Source of the DNA: a virus
Reading direction: 5' to 3' (one strand)
IMG/VR virus record: IMGVR_UViG_3300043399_000446
Span: 1-64,000 of that record
DNA: 64,000 nucleotides
A program made the position numbers and the translations under genes. Within the stretch, counting starts at the first letter, position 1, and every line of letters starts with the position of its first letter. The notes under the pieces are model-generated. The model did no database searches. It had not been told where the DNA came from and saw nothing but the letters and a program-made list of their open reading frames with translations. Shown one piece after another: positions 9,979-18,513 of the stretch.

Positions 9979-10060
9979 GATACTCCGATTAGTAGTAGAA
10001 GGGCTATCTGTGAATCGGCACAGAAGGGTAGCTACTCCCGTTCGCCCTCTATTATTTATC
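9979..10060 (-). promoter_or_regulatory. late promoter plus structured 5' leader of HNH gene
   Basis: GATAAATA then three-way junction; loop CCGATT complementary to AATCGG overlapping the SD. Confidence 0.55.
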
Positions 10061-10073
10061 AGATATCCGTAGT

Positions 10074-10334
10074 TCACAGTGTTTTTCCTACAGTTTCCAA
10101 AATAGTATTAAGTTCTTCATGATCTTGATTGGTTTTGGTTAATGCTGCTTTGTGGGCCAAACGAATTGCTTTTTTGAGCACACTTGGCTTGATTTCCATT
10201 TCTTCTGCTACAGCTTTGACCAAATCAGATAAGCCTTCATTTAGGCTATCGATTTCGTGCATAGTTTGGCAGCCTTCGTTGATTACTTGTGTCAGGCGTG
10301 CTTTTTGTTCGTTTGAAAAAATTCGGCTAGGCAT
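10074..10334 (-). CDS. T4 DsbA/GapR-like dsDNA-binding protein
   Basis: 86 aa helical protein, pattern like DsbA/DUF2312 (…KAVAEEMEIKPSVLKKAIRLAHK). Confidence 0.55.
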   Translation of the reverse strand: MPSRIFSNEQKARLTQVINEGCQTMHEIDSLNEGLSDLVKAVAEEMEIKPSVLKKAIRLAHKAALTKTNQDHEELNTILETVGKTL

Positions 10335-10364
10335 TGTTTCTCCTTGTGTAAGAAATACTCGCGT

Positions 10365-10393
10365 ATTATACTTATAAAGCTAGAAGAAATCAA
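10365..10393 (-). promoter_or_regulatory. sigma70-type promoter for replication operon
   Basis: TTGATT-17 nt-TATAAT. Confidence 0.6.
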
Positions 10394-10405
10394 CATTATT
10401 TTGAC

Positions 10406-10798
10406 CTATTTGCGTTTGTAACCTTTGAACGATTTTATTGGACTGGTTTTATTAGTATCACCTAATTCTTGACTTTCATTGTGTGGATTTGGTGACAATG
10501 CGTCTTGCCAATCCACATTAGCCATTCTATACGCATGTTTTAGCATTTCAGCTTCCAATTTGGTATAAGGATGTGCAGTATTGTTTCTGCCCGCCCAACT
10601 TTGTTGAGGAATAGGTGGAAAATTTACTCCATCTGCAACAGCTACAAATTGCATAACTCTGTTCAAATCATACAACCTATCAGCAGTGCCTGCAACTCTA
10701 TGCGTGCCTGGCAATGAGGCTTCGTGTTCTTTAGGTAACTTTAGACCATTTTTTACAATGTTTTTGACTGCTTCGTTTATGAACTCTTTGGCACGCAT
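10406..10798 (-). CDS. hypothetical protein with capsid-targeting-like N-terminus
   Basis: Start MRAKEFINE, TAAATA 5 nt upstream. Confidence 0.7.
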   Translation of the reverse strand: MRAKEFINEAVKNIVKNGLKLPKEHEASLPGTHRVAGTADRLYDLNRVMQFVAVADGVNFPPIPQQSWAGRNNTAHPYTKLEAEMLKHAYRMANVDWQDALSPNPHNESQELGDTNKTSPIKSFKGYKRK

Positions 10799-10843
10799 CA
10801 AAATATTTACTGCGTACAAGTACATAAACTTATGTACTATAGT

Positions 10844-11440
10844 CTATAAATTTTTTTCAATGATCTTCTTGACTACAGTATGTAAGCCAGGATTTACTTT
10901 AAGTGCATGTGGCACTAGATGTTTGCGGATGTAGTTGCGAGTATACTTTTCGTCTTGATTGCTAAGATCCTCGCACCATTTTAACCCTTTACGCTCACAC
11001 CAACTGACAAACTCGCTTTTAGGTGTTGTTAGAAATGGTCTGATTACATTATCTCGGATCATGGGAATTACCTTAGGTGTACCATGCATACATGACCAAA
11101 GATAAGTTTCTACACAATCATCCAAATGATGTGCGGTTACAACTGGTCCCATACCCTCTCTGCAAAGAAATTCATAGCGACTGTTTCGCCAAAATTCTTC
11201 GGTGCTTAACTCTTTTGGTTTAGTGCCGCGAAGGAATCCAACCAATAAAGGTAAGTCATGCTCGTTACAAAACTTGCTGACGAATTCAAAAGCCCTATTA
11301 CTATTCTCAGTGCCATGATGGTAAAAGGCACAAGTAACCTCATGCTTTCTACGCAAGAAGTCAGTAATAGCAACACTATCCACACCACCTGAAAAAGCGA
11401 TGGTTAGTTTGCGTGGTAAGGGAACAAGAAGTTTTAGCAT
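10844..11440 (-). CDS. tilS: tRNA(Ile)-lysidine synthase, catalytic domain only
   Basis: PP-loop SGGVDS, RY.FL, TAHHLDDCVET, IRPFL, EDLSN...RNYIR. Confidence 0.85.
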   Translation of the reverse strand: MLKLLVPLPRKLTIAFSGGVDSVAITDFLRRKHEVTCAFYHHGTENSNRAFEFVSKFCNEHDLPLLVGFLRGTKPKELSTEEFWRNSRYEFLCREGMGPVVTAHHLDDCVETYLWSCMHGTPKVIPMIRDNVIRPFLTTPKSEFVSWCERKGLKWCEDLSNQDEKYTRNYIRKHLVPHALKVNPGLHTVVKKIIEKNL

Positions 11441-11475
11441 TCTTGTATTATACAAGAAGTGGGATTTTATTGAAA
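11440..11475 (-). promoter_or_regulatory. sigma70-type promoter of tilS with overlapping palindrome
   Basis: TTTCAA-17-TATAAT, ATG 6 nt downstream; perfect inverted repeat TTCTTGTAT-T-ATACAAGAA at 11440-11458. Confidence 0.5.
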
Positions 11476-12036
11476 GATATTTGGGTGATTTTTACCATAA
11501 ATCTTGATAAGTTTGCCCGCAACCATATCAGCTAACAATTCAATTGGGCTACCTGGATAGCTATCATTTGGTTCAATCATGCCCAATTCATGTTGTTTTA
11601 CATGTGTCAACTCATGTGCAACTGTTCTAAGAATATCAACTAAATTACGATTTTTGGCATATACCCAAATACTTCCTGATCCTGGAGTATGTCCACCAGT
11701 ATGAGTGTTTTCCTGTGCTTCTTCGGTATCCATACTCAATTCTATTTTAGGTAATTTACCCAAATTTAGCTTTTTACCTACCCAATTAGCAAAATCTCTT
11801 ACTATTTCTTCATTCGTATTTGGATCTTCATCCAGCTTATTTTTTATCCAATCGTCCGGTGTTTTCTTATATTTCTTTACAAAGATATCATGCAATGCGT
11901 TAGCTGATATCTTATGCTTTTTAGATATATTACGCATTAACTTGTCTATGGTATCGTAGTCGTGTTTAGCCAATGAAGGTAGTTTGTCCTTCAATTCTGT
12001 TACTGCCGAATCTAATAGTAATTCATTATAGCGCAT
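11467..12036 (-). CDS. zincin-like metallopeptidase domain protein
   Basis: RTVAHELTHVKQ (HExxH) followed by E; start MRYNELL. Confidence 0.65.
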   Translation of the reverse strand: MRYNELLLDSAVTELKDKLPSLAKHDYDTIDKLMRNISKKHKISANALHDIFVKKYKKTPDDWIKNKLDEDPNTNEEIVRDFANWVGKKLNLGKLPKIELSMDTEEAQENTHTGGHTPGSGSIWVYAKNRNLVDILRTVAHELTHVKQHELGMIEPNDSYPGSPIELLADMVAGKLIKIYGKNHPNIFQ

Positions 12037-12041
12037 CAATT

Positions 12042-12058
12042 TATTTATCAGATAAATA
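12042..12058. promoter_or_regulatory. back-to-back late promoters
   Basis: TATTTATC-A-GATAAATA palindrome between divergent genes. Confidence 0.65.
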
Positions 12059-12085
12059 CAATATATTATCTTAAGGACTAATATT

Positions 12086-12802
12086 ATGGGAATGAGGTTT
12101 TCTAGTGGAATGAGATTGATTGGTGGTATGCGGGCGTTGAGTTCAGGTGGAGGGGGTGGTGGTTCAGATCCTTATTTTGCTAATGTAGTGTTACTAGTGC
12201 ATGGTGATGGTGCCAATGGTGGTACTACTTTTATAGATAGTAGCTCTTATAATAGAACTCCTCAGTTCATTTCAGATGTAACTACAAGTAATGAGCAAAC
12301 TATTTTTGGTCAAAATACAATTAAAAGTGTTCAAGGAACTTTTGGTGGCAGCGTGTTACAATATGCATCTAGTACAGATTTTGCTGCTAATCAGCCATTC
12401 ACTCTAGAATTTCAAATATATATAACTTCTGCCCCATTTTTTCAACCTTTCTTTATGGGAAGGTCAGGAACAAGTTATACTATAATTAATGAAGAATCTA
12501 AGGCTATTCAATTTAGTAGCTATCCTGGTGACGGAGGGGGAAATTTAACAGTGAATTCTTGGAATTATGTAGCATATTCAGTTAATTCAACAGAAGTTAA
12601 TTTGTATATTAATGGGAATAAAATGACCGGGACTAGTGTAGGACTATCTGATCCTGCTACTCAGCCTTTTGGTTTAACAAATATACCCGATGGCATAAGG
12701 TCTTTGCAGGGATATTTAGCAGAGATTCGTTACACTAAAGGGGTAGCCCGATATTCAGGCGCAACTATACCTTTACAAACAGCGCCTTGGCCTAATAGTT
12801 GA
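12086..12802 (+). CDS. LamG/concanavalin-like lectin-domain virion protein
   Basis: DPYFANVVLLVHGDG, FTLEF, WNYVA...LYING, GYLAEIRYTKGVARY. Confidence 0.7.
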   Translation: MGMRFSSGMRLIGGMRALSSGGGGGGSDPYFANVVLLVHGDGANGGTTFIDSSSYNRTPQFISDVTTSNEQTIFGQNTIKSVQGTFGGSVLQYASSTDFAANQPFTLEFQIYITSAPFFQPFFMGRSGTSYTIINEESKAIQFSSYPGDGGGNLTVNSWNYVAYSVNSTEVNLYINGNKMTGTSVGLSDPATQPFGLTNIPDGIRSLQGYLAEIRYTKGVARYSGATIPLQTAPWPNS

Positions 12803-12821
12803 TTTAATATTTGAACTTATG

Positions 12822-12849
12822 AAAATGGCTGGATTAATCCAGCCATTTT
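12822..12849. terminator. bidirectional intrinsic terminator
   Basis: AAAATGGCTGGAT-TA-ATCCAGCCATTTT between convergent genes. Confidence 0.8.
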
Positions 12850-12855
12850 TATTCT

Positions 12856-12943
12856 TGCTACTTTAAGAAAGATTTGGTAGCGAATCAAACATTTCTGGGA
12901 TAGTAGCCACCCATCACCCTAACTACAATGGTCCTAAGGATGA
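12856..12943 (-). ncRNA. candidate small structured RNA
   Basis: Three consecutive hairpins with GCTAC in two loops and complementary GTAGT/GTAGC segments. Confidence 0.35.
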
Positions 12944-12949
12944 ATTCTT

Positions 12950-13636
12950 TTAGGTTCTTGATTCCATAATACTGAACCAAGGATCTATAATAACTAATGT
13001 GCCATCTTGGCGCTGCATAACATTTTGTGTATGTAAATCCCAACCAAATTTATTTATATTACCTGTATGATATAGTAGTTGCATCAATGAGAATAAAATT
13101 CCCCACTTTGCTATATCTGAGTTATCCCAAGATTGTATATCAGCTATTACTTGCTCTATTGTTGGGGGTTCTTTTAAAAATATCCAAGTATGAGGATCTA
13201 ATAATTGTTCGTAGACTTGATTCCATTTCATGTTTTTTGTAGCAAAATCACTAAGCATCCAAACAATAGCCTCTTCAACTGTTCCCTCTGTAATAGGATA
13301 TAGTTGCTCCATAGATATCTGAATATATTCTTTATCACCTAGCATGAATGTAGCGTGATGTTTGCCTTGAATTTCAATGAATCTAGGTAAATTTTCATAT
13401 TGTTGATGCTGCTGAACAAACTCATAAAACTTATAAAAGATGTTTGCTGAGTGTGTTCTATCTTCAAAGGTGTCTGGCATTATAATTTTAATTACTTTGC
13501 CTGTATCTTTTGCCCACACTGTTGCATCAGCACCCGACCCCAGCATCTTGTATCCAGCGTTCTGTAATGTTTTTGTTATTTGTTGAGCTTCAGGGGTACC
13601 CACTTCAGCTTCTTTAGTTATTTCATTGTATCTCAT
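12950..13636 (-). CDS. protein kinase-like protein
   Basis: LGSGADATVW Gly loop, VIKI, DLHTQNVM catalytic loop, IIDPW; start MRYNEITKE. Confidence 0.75.
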   Translation of the reverse strand: MRYNEITKEAEVGTPEAQQITKTLQNAGYKMLGSGADATVWAKDTGKVIKIIMPDTFEDRTHSANIFYKFYEFVQQHQQYENLPRFIEIQGKHHATFMLGDKEYIQISMEQLYPITEGTVEEAIVWMLSDFATKNMKWNQVYEQLLDPHTWIFLKEPPTIEQVIADIQSWDNSDIAKWGILFSLMQLLYHTGNINKFGWDLHTQNVMQRQDGTLVIIDPWFSIMESRT

Positions 13637-14073
13637 TTTATAGGGCACCAACTTTGTTTTGCTGTTCCGTAATATTCGCGTGCATAACCATTAGCTATCA
13701 GCAAATATCTCAATGATACACCATCAATAATTAAATCACCTAATACCCTACCGCCATATTTGTCCCAATTCATTAAGACGATTTCTATTTTTTGAGCATT
13801 TGCTACAATTGTCTGTGTGTAAGTAGTAGCTTCTCTGCCTCGCTTATCTTCTTGTGGGCATTGGGCTCTTGATCCCTTTTCAGGTGTATCTACTCCATAT
13901 ATTCTTAAACTTAATTCTGGTTTTAAAGGTTGGGGCAAGAATTTAGCTTCAAATTTTACAGTATCGCCATCAACTACTGAAATGATTCTATAATCATATT
14001 TATTAAACGCGGGTTTAGCAAAGCCTAATAAAGGCAATGTTGAAAGTAATATTGTTGCTATTATTGTTTTCAT
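13633..14073 (-). CDS. thermonuclease (SNase family) with signal peptide
   Basis: VVDGDT, RIYGVDTPE, DKYGGRVLG; hydrophobic N-terminus. Confidence 0.9.
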   Translation of the reverse strand: MKTIIATILLSTLPLLGFAKPAFNKYDYRIISVVDGDTVKFEAKFLPQPLKPELSLRIYGVDTPEKGSRAQCPQEDKRGREATTYTQTIVANAQKIEIVLMNWDKYGGRVLGDLIIDGVSLRYLLIANGYAREYYGTAKQSWCPIK

Positions 14074-16070
14074 TAGTCTGCTCTAATTGTTATGTCTCGC
14101 ATAGATAGTGAACCAAATATATCAGGCCTATCTTGTTGCGCCTGTCTATAAGCATCTTCTTGTGATGATGCTCTAACCATTATTTCTGCTCCAGGTCTTG
14201 CTGTAGGACTTACTCTATATAACTTTTCTTCAGATTGTTCAAAGGGCCTAATTAGTTTTGCTGTAGCTTTACCTTGTGATATTAAAGTTTGACCTGCTTC
14301 TTGTGGCATACCATATTCACTAAAAGCTTTTGCAAACGCTTCTTCTTTAGAACTTGCTGCAACTTCAATACCGTAATTACCAAAATTAACTTGCCACCAA
14401 TATTTACCTGTGGGTTTATTAGCAGTTTGATCTTTTTGATACTGACGCTGTGTTTGTATATTTTTAATAAAACTCTTTAGTGCCGATTGTGGCAACATAC
14501 CAGCACTATATTGAGCAAAAATTGCTATTGGATCATCATTAGATTTAGGTTGTAATAATTGATATAGCTTTTTCAAATATTCTTTACGATATGCCTGCGT
14601 ATCCATAGAAGCATCCAATGCTACTACAAATCGTAATAGTGTATTTGTTAGTTTGTTTATATCTTCGTTTAACCAATCGCCACCAGGACTACGAAACTCA
14701 ACATATCCTTCTTTAGGATTAATACTGGTATATTTACCGAATCCATCGCTGCTTGCTATTGCTCTTGATGCTATGGCGCCTAATCCTTTACGCATTTCAT
14801 CCATCAACTTTTGAGCGGAGTCGGGATAGTACCTTACTTGATCTTTAATTTTATCTAATGCGCTTTTTGTATAAGTATTAGCTTCGCGACCAAATTGTTC
14901 TAAAACATAATTATCGCCAAGTAATAATGCTAACTTTACAAAATCCATAAAAGCAACATTTTTACCTGGTATACTAATATTCATGTGTAAACCAGTTGAT
15001 TGATTGGTATATGCGCCACGTTGTTTAGCCCATGCTATAGTTTTCTTCAAATCACTTATCATTTCATCAATGGGCATCGGTGGACTTACAAATTCTAATC
15101 CACTGTCGTTGGCATCGTCTCCATCTATACTGCTATCAGGCTCTAAAACATATTTGTTAGGATCGCGTTTTGCGCCATGATATCTACCACTGACATTTAT
15201 ACCTTTACCTATCATATTGCTAAAATCTTCACCTACATCTTCAACTGACATTCCTCCGCCACTTGTTTCTGTATAATAGGGCCAAGCTACATAATTAGAA
15301 TAAGTCTGATAAACATCACTCATCCAACGTAGACCTTCGTCTTCAAAGAAATCGCTTTGGTCTGGTAAGTCAGAACTATCCATCCATCTATCGTAAGCGT
15401 TTTGGTATAAATCTCCCTGCTCATCCCATTCATTATCAACAAACTCATCAAACATTTCTTTGACGCGCTGTTTGACTTCATCACTGTCGGGATCTAAACC
15501 TAATTCTTCTGCTGCACTTTCTTGAGCTTCAGCAAAATCAAATTCATCTCCCATTTCTTCACGAAAAAACTCATCTTTTTCATCTTGCCACAATTCGCTT
15601 TGTTTTTCACTGGCCCATTCGTAGTAAGCTTCTTGTATTTTTTCTATCAATCTATCAACATCTCTACGACTGTTCCAATCACCATCAGCAAAAAAATCTT
15701 GAATGCCCTCAAAACTGCTTACTCTATCGTCGCTGCTAAAGTCTTGTTCTAATTCAGGTTCTTCGTCACCTTGAGTGTTTGGTACAACCATTTCAAATTC
15801 CATACCGGCTACTGCACCTGTATCTGCTGCTAATTTACGCAGATTACTTGGGCTCATATCTATTTCGTATAATGCCTCTTCTTCTAGTGGATGTAGTTTG
15901 GCTCCTGTAACCTGCTGTAGTAAGTCCCATGCCGCTTTCTTATCAGTAGAAAGCAAAAATTTCATTCTAACTTTTTCTTCAGGTGTGGCTACTTTTTGAA
16001 ACTTTACAAGTTCCATCATGCCAATATTATCTGGATAGGATAGTTCTTTTATGAATTGATTTGCTCTCAT
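14073..16070 (-). CDS. putative amidoligase (COOH-NH2 ligase) with acidic insert
   Basis: GMEFE, EPDSSI, GLEFVSPP, STGLHMNIS, KYTSIN, VEFRSPG; start MRANQFIKE. Confidence 0.75.
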   Translation of the reverse strand: MRANQFIKELSYPDNIGMMELVKFQKVATPEEKVRMKFLLSTDKKAAWDLLQQVTGAKLHPLEEEALYEIDMSPSNLRKLAADTGAVAGMEFEMVVPNTQGDEEPELEQDFSSDDRVSSFEGIQDFFADGDWNSRRDVDRLIEKIQEAYYEWASEKQSELWQDEKDEFFREEMGDEFDFAEAQESAAEELGLDPDSDEVKQRVKEMFDEFVDNEWDEQGDLYQNAYDRWMDSSDLPDQSDFFEDEGLRWMSDVYQTYSNYVAWPYYTETSGGGMSVEDVGEDFSNMIGKGINVSGRYHGAKRDPNKYVLEPDSSIDGDDANDSGLEFVSPPMPIDEMISDLKKTIAWAKQRGAYTNQSTGLHMNISIPGKNVAFMDFVKLALLLGDNYVLEQFGREANTYTKSALDKIKDQVRYYPDSAQKLMDEMRKGLGAIASRAIASSDGFGKYTSINPKEGYVEFRSPGGDWLNEDINKLTNTLLRFVVALDASMDTQAYRKEYLKKLYQLLQPKSNDDPIAIFAQYSAGMLPQSALKSFIKNIQTQRQYQKDQTANKPTGKYWWQVNFGNYGIEVAASSKEEAFAKAFSEYGMPQEAGQTLISQGKATAKLIRPFEQSEEKLYRVSPTARPGAEIMVRASSQEDAYRQAQQDRPDIFGSLSMRDITIRAD

Positions 16071-16078
16071 TTTTTCAC

Positions 16079-16762
16079 TTATAACTTATAATATTGATTC
16101 ATCACGTTGCTATTGAAGCCAACATCAATGATAACTGGTTTTCCTTGATATATACCCCAATTAACGGCTCTTCTAAAGTCACCTAATTCAACGTCAAACG
16201 AATTATTTAAATCTGCTAATGTATTAGCATAATCTGTCATTGTATCTATTTGTTCTTCTGATACATTGCGCTGACGAAGGAATGAAACAAAACTTTCATA
16301 GTTACCTGTATAACTCTTTTTACCTGTGATAGCCCAAGCCATGTTTACTAACTGCGACAAGTTATCACAGCCCATAATCTGGCACAATTGCTTCTCAGTT
16401 GCTTTTGTGGCCATTTCAGTATGAACCCAAGTAGGTTCACGATTCTGTTCGTCATAATCAATAATAGGTATCAATATACCTAGCTGACTTGCGTAACCAT
16501 CACTTAATATGTCTGCTTCTACACTATTCTGTGCTAGACCTTTTTGATTCTTAGCAATCTTTAGTACAGTAGGACGACCTTGATATTCAATGACTGTGGC
16601 AACACGGCTAGAACCAGCGCCTAATTTCTTGGCTCTTTCTAATGCATAAGCAAGTCTTGACTTGAATGTAGTTCCTTGTTGACGCATTTGAACAGGGTCC
16701 CAATCCGCAGGAAGAGGAGCTTCGTCAACAATAGCTTCTTTTAAAAATTCGTGGGCTCTCAT
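16079..16762 (-). CDS. protein kinase-like protein
   Basis: LGAGSSRVA, VLKIA, GDF...NWG, VIIDVGF; start MRAHEFLKE. Confidence 0.65.
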   Translation of the reverse strand: MRAHEFLKEAIVDEAPLPADWDPVQMRQQGTTFKSRLAYALERAKKLGAGSSRVATVIEYQGRPTVLKIAKNQKGLAQNSVEADILSDGYASQLGILIPIIDYDEQNREPTWVHTEMATKATEKQLCQIMGCDNLSQLVNMAWAITGKKSYTGNYESFVSFLRQRNVSEEQIDTMTDYANTLADLNNSFDVELGDFRRAVNWGIYQGKPVIIDVGFNSNVMNQYYKL

Positions 16763-17199
16763 GCTCTTTGTTTTTTAAGTAATGATTTTAATTGCCACTG
16801 CCATTTAGCATGTGCGTCAATTCTGCCAGCTATGTAATCAGCTATACCTTGCTCATCTGCTTCTTCAGCCAAATGAAAAGTTTGACGTAATAGTTCTATT
16901 AGTTTTTGATTATCTTCTGTTAACTCAGCTATCATTAACTCAGCGCGGGGAATTTTTACTTGATCTTGTATAATAGATAACTCGCCAAATCTAGTTAAAC
17001 TTCCTGGAGTATAACTATCTAATGTGCGAATTTTTTCTGCTGTTTCATCAATTGATTCAAAAACTTCTGTGTATATATCACCAAAGAATTCATGTAATTG
17101 TACAAAGTCTGGACCCTCGACGTTCCAGTGAAATGAATGTGTTTTAAGATAAAAGCAAAAACTGCTTGCTAAGTAAACTTTTAAACTATCAGATAGCAT
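16759..17199 (-). CDS. dps: Dps/ferritin-like protein
   Basis: HSFHWNVEGPDFVQLHEFF, DETAEKIR, HAKWQWQL. Confidence 0.92.
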   Translation of the reverse strand: MLSDSLKVYLASSFCFYLKTHSFHWNVEGPDFVQLHEFFGDIYTEVFESIDETAEKIRTLDSYTPGSLTRFGELSIIQDQVKIPRAELMIAELTEDNQKLIELLRQTFHLAEEADEQGIADYIAGRIDAHAKWQWQLKSLLKKQRA

Positions 17200-17298
17200 A
17201 ATAAAAATCCCAAGTATTATATTATTTATCTTAAAACAGAATACTTGATGCTTATCTGTAACCTTTAAAATTTACGTAAAAATCTATTACACTATCAG

Positions 17299-17523
17299 TC
17301 ATTTCTTTCTCCCTTGACAATGTGCGCGCTGTGAAAACCCTTTAGGATTTTTGCAGTTAATAGAGCGTTTATACTTAGCACTCCATTTCTCATCTAATAC
17401 ATCTTCTTCAGTCAAATCGCCTGTTCTGCGCTGACCTTTTTTGATGAATGGTTGATTTTCCTGCTCCCAAGTTTCAGGATAATTCATACCTAAACTTTCT
17501 TTGATAAATTCTTTGGCTCTCAT
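17299..17523 (-). CDS. small basic protein with capsid-targeting-like N-terminus
   Basis: MRAKEFIKE; C-terminal KWSAKYKRSINCKNPKGFSQRAHC module after LDE. Confidence 0.7.
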   Translation of the reverse strand: MRAKEFIKESLGMNYPETWEQENQPFIKKGQRRTGDLTEEDVLDEKWSAKYKRSINCKNPKGFSQRAHCQGRKK

Positions 17524-18509
17524 TTTACACTTGTTAAACTTATTCTGTATTGTTTACCGTGACTATCTTTTACGATGAGGCCTCCATTTTCAATCTTAAC
17601 AACAGTAACCGTACCTAACAGTCCATGTGTTACTTGTTTACCTGGAACAAGATTGCTGACATCAATATTCTTAGAACTCATACTTTCTTCAACATCTTGT
17701 TCATTTTGAATGCCACGCATGATTGCACTTTCGCTTTTTGTGCCCCAGTTCTTAGCACCTTTCTTGCGACATTTTACTAATGCACCTGAAGCATATGCTG
17801 ATGGCCAAACTTTGTATCTGCTCTTTACTTTATAATAGCAGGCGTCTTTTTTCTCCATCATTAATGCTTCGCTAAACATTGGACCTGCACAATGTGGGCA
17901 TTTTTCTTCTTTTATATCTTGCTCATCTAAAACATCACGGTAAAGTTCTAACCTACGCTTTTCAGTATCCAATCTTCTTTGTATATCTTCACGATCAATA
18001 TAAGGGTTAGGATCTTTTAGTTCAGATTCTAGACGTTTAATTACAGCTATTATTGCTTCAGCTTCTTTTTTTGCTCTTGCTTGTTTAGTTAATCCTTCCT
18101 CTACAGTTTCATCAGTTTTCTTTTTACAACTACCTGGCGCACCTGCTGGCACACCTTGAACTCTTGTATAGCCAGACCAACATTTTAGTTCGTCAAGTTG
18201 TTCTTCCGATATACCTTCGTTTGATTTCTTTTTAGTAGCGACATTGATCGCTTTGCCACTACGCTCTGGATTAGGATCTTCTCTGCGCTTGCGGGCTGCT
18301 GCACTAGCACGACCTTTCTTACCTAAAGAGTGTGCTTTACTCTGTGGCAAACATTTTGGTTTACCTTCACTATCATCTCCTCTAGCACAATCTCCTCGGA
18401 TCTTTCCATCAGGACCAAATCTTACCCATTTTTCTTTAAACCATTTACGTAAATCTTCGTTGATAGAATTTTCGGTACTTTTGACTAGGCCTTCAAATAT
18501 CTTACTCAT
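17520..18509 (-). CDS. modular basic/Cys-rich probable internal head protein
   Basis: Start moved to MSKIFEG; short basic modules separated by [ILV]xE linkers. Confidence 0.65.
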   Translation of the reverse strand: MSKIFEGLVKSTENSINEDLRKWFKEKWVRFGPDGKIRGDCARGDDSEGKPKCLPQSKAHSLGKKGRASAAARKRREDPNPERSGKAINVATKKKSNEGISEEQLDELKCWSGYTRVQGVPAGAPGSCKKKTDETVEEGLTKQARAKKEAEAIIAVIKRLESELKDPNPYIDREDIQRRLDTEKRRLELYRDVLDEQDIKEEKCPHCAGPMFSEALMMEKKDACYYKVKSRYKVWPSAYASGALVKCRKKGAKNWGTKSESAIMRGIQNEQDVEESMSSKNIDVSNLVPGKQVTHGLLGTVTVVKIENGGLIVKDSHGKQYRISLTSVK

Positions 18510-18513
18510 TGTA

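Noticed and set aside
10819-10838. AGTACATAA/TTATGTACT inverted repeat after tilS
   Set aside because: AT-rich stem without U tail; cannot be told from chance or a weak terminator
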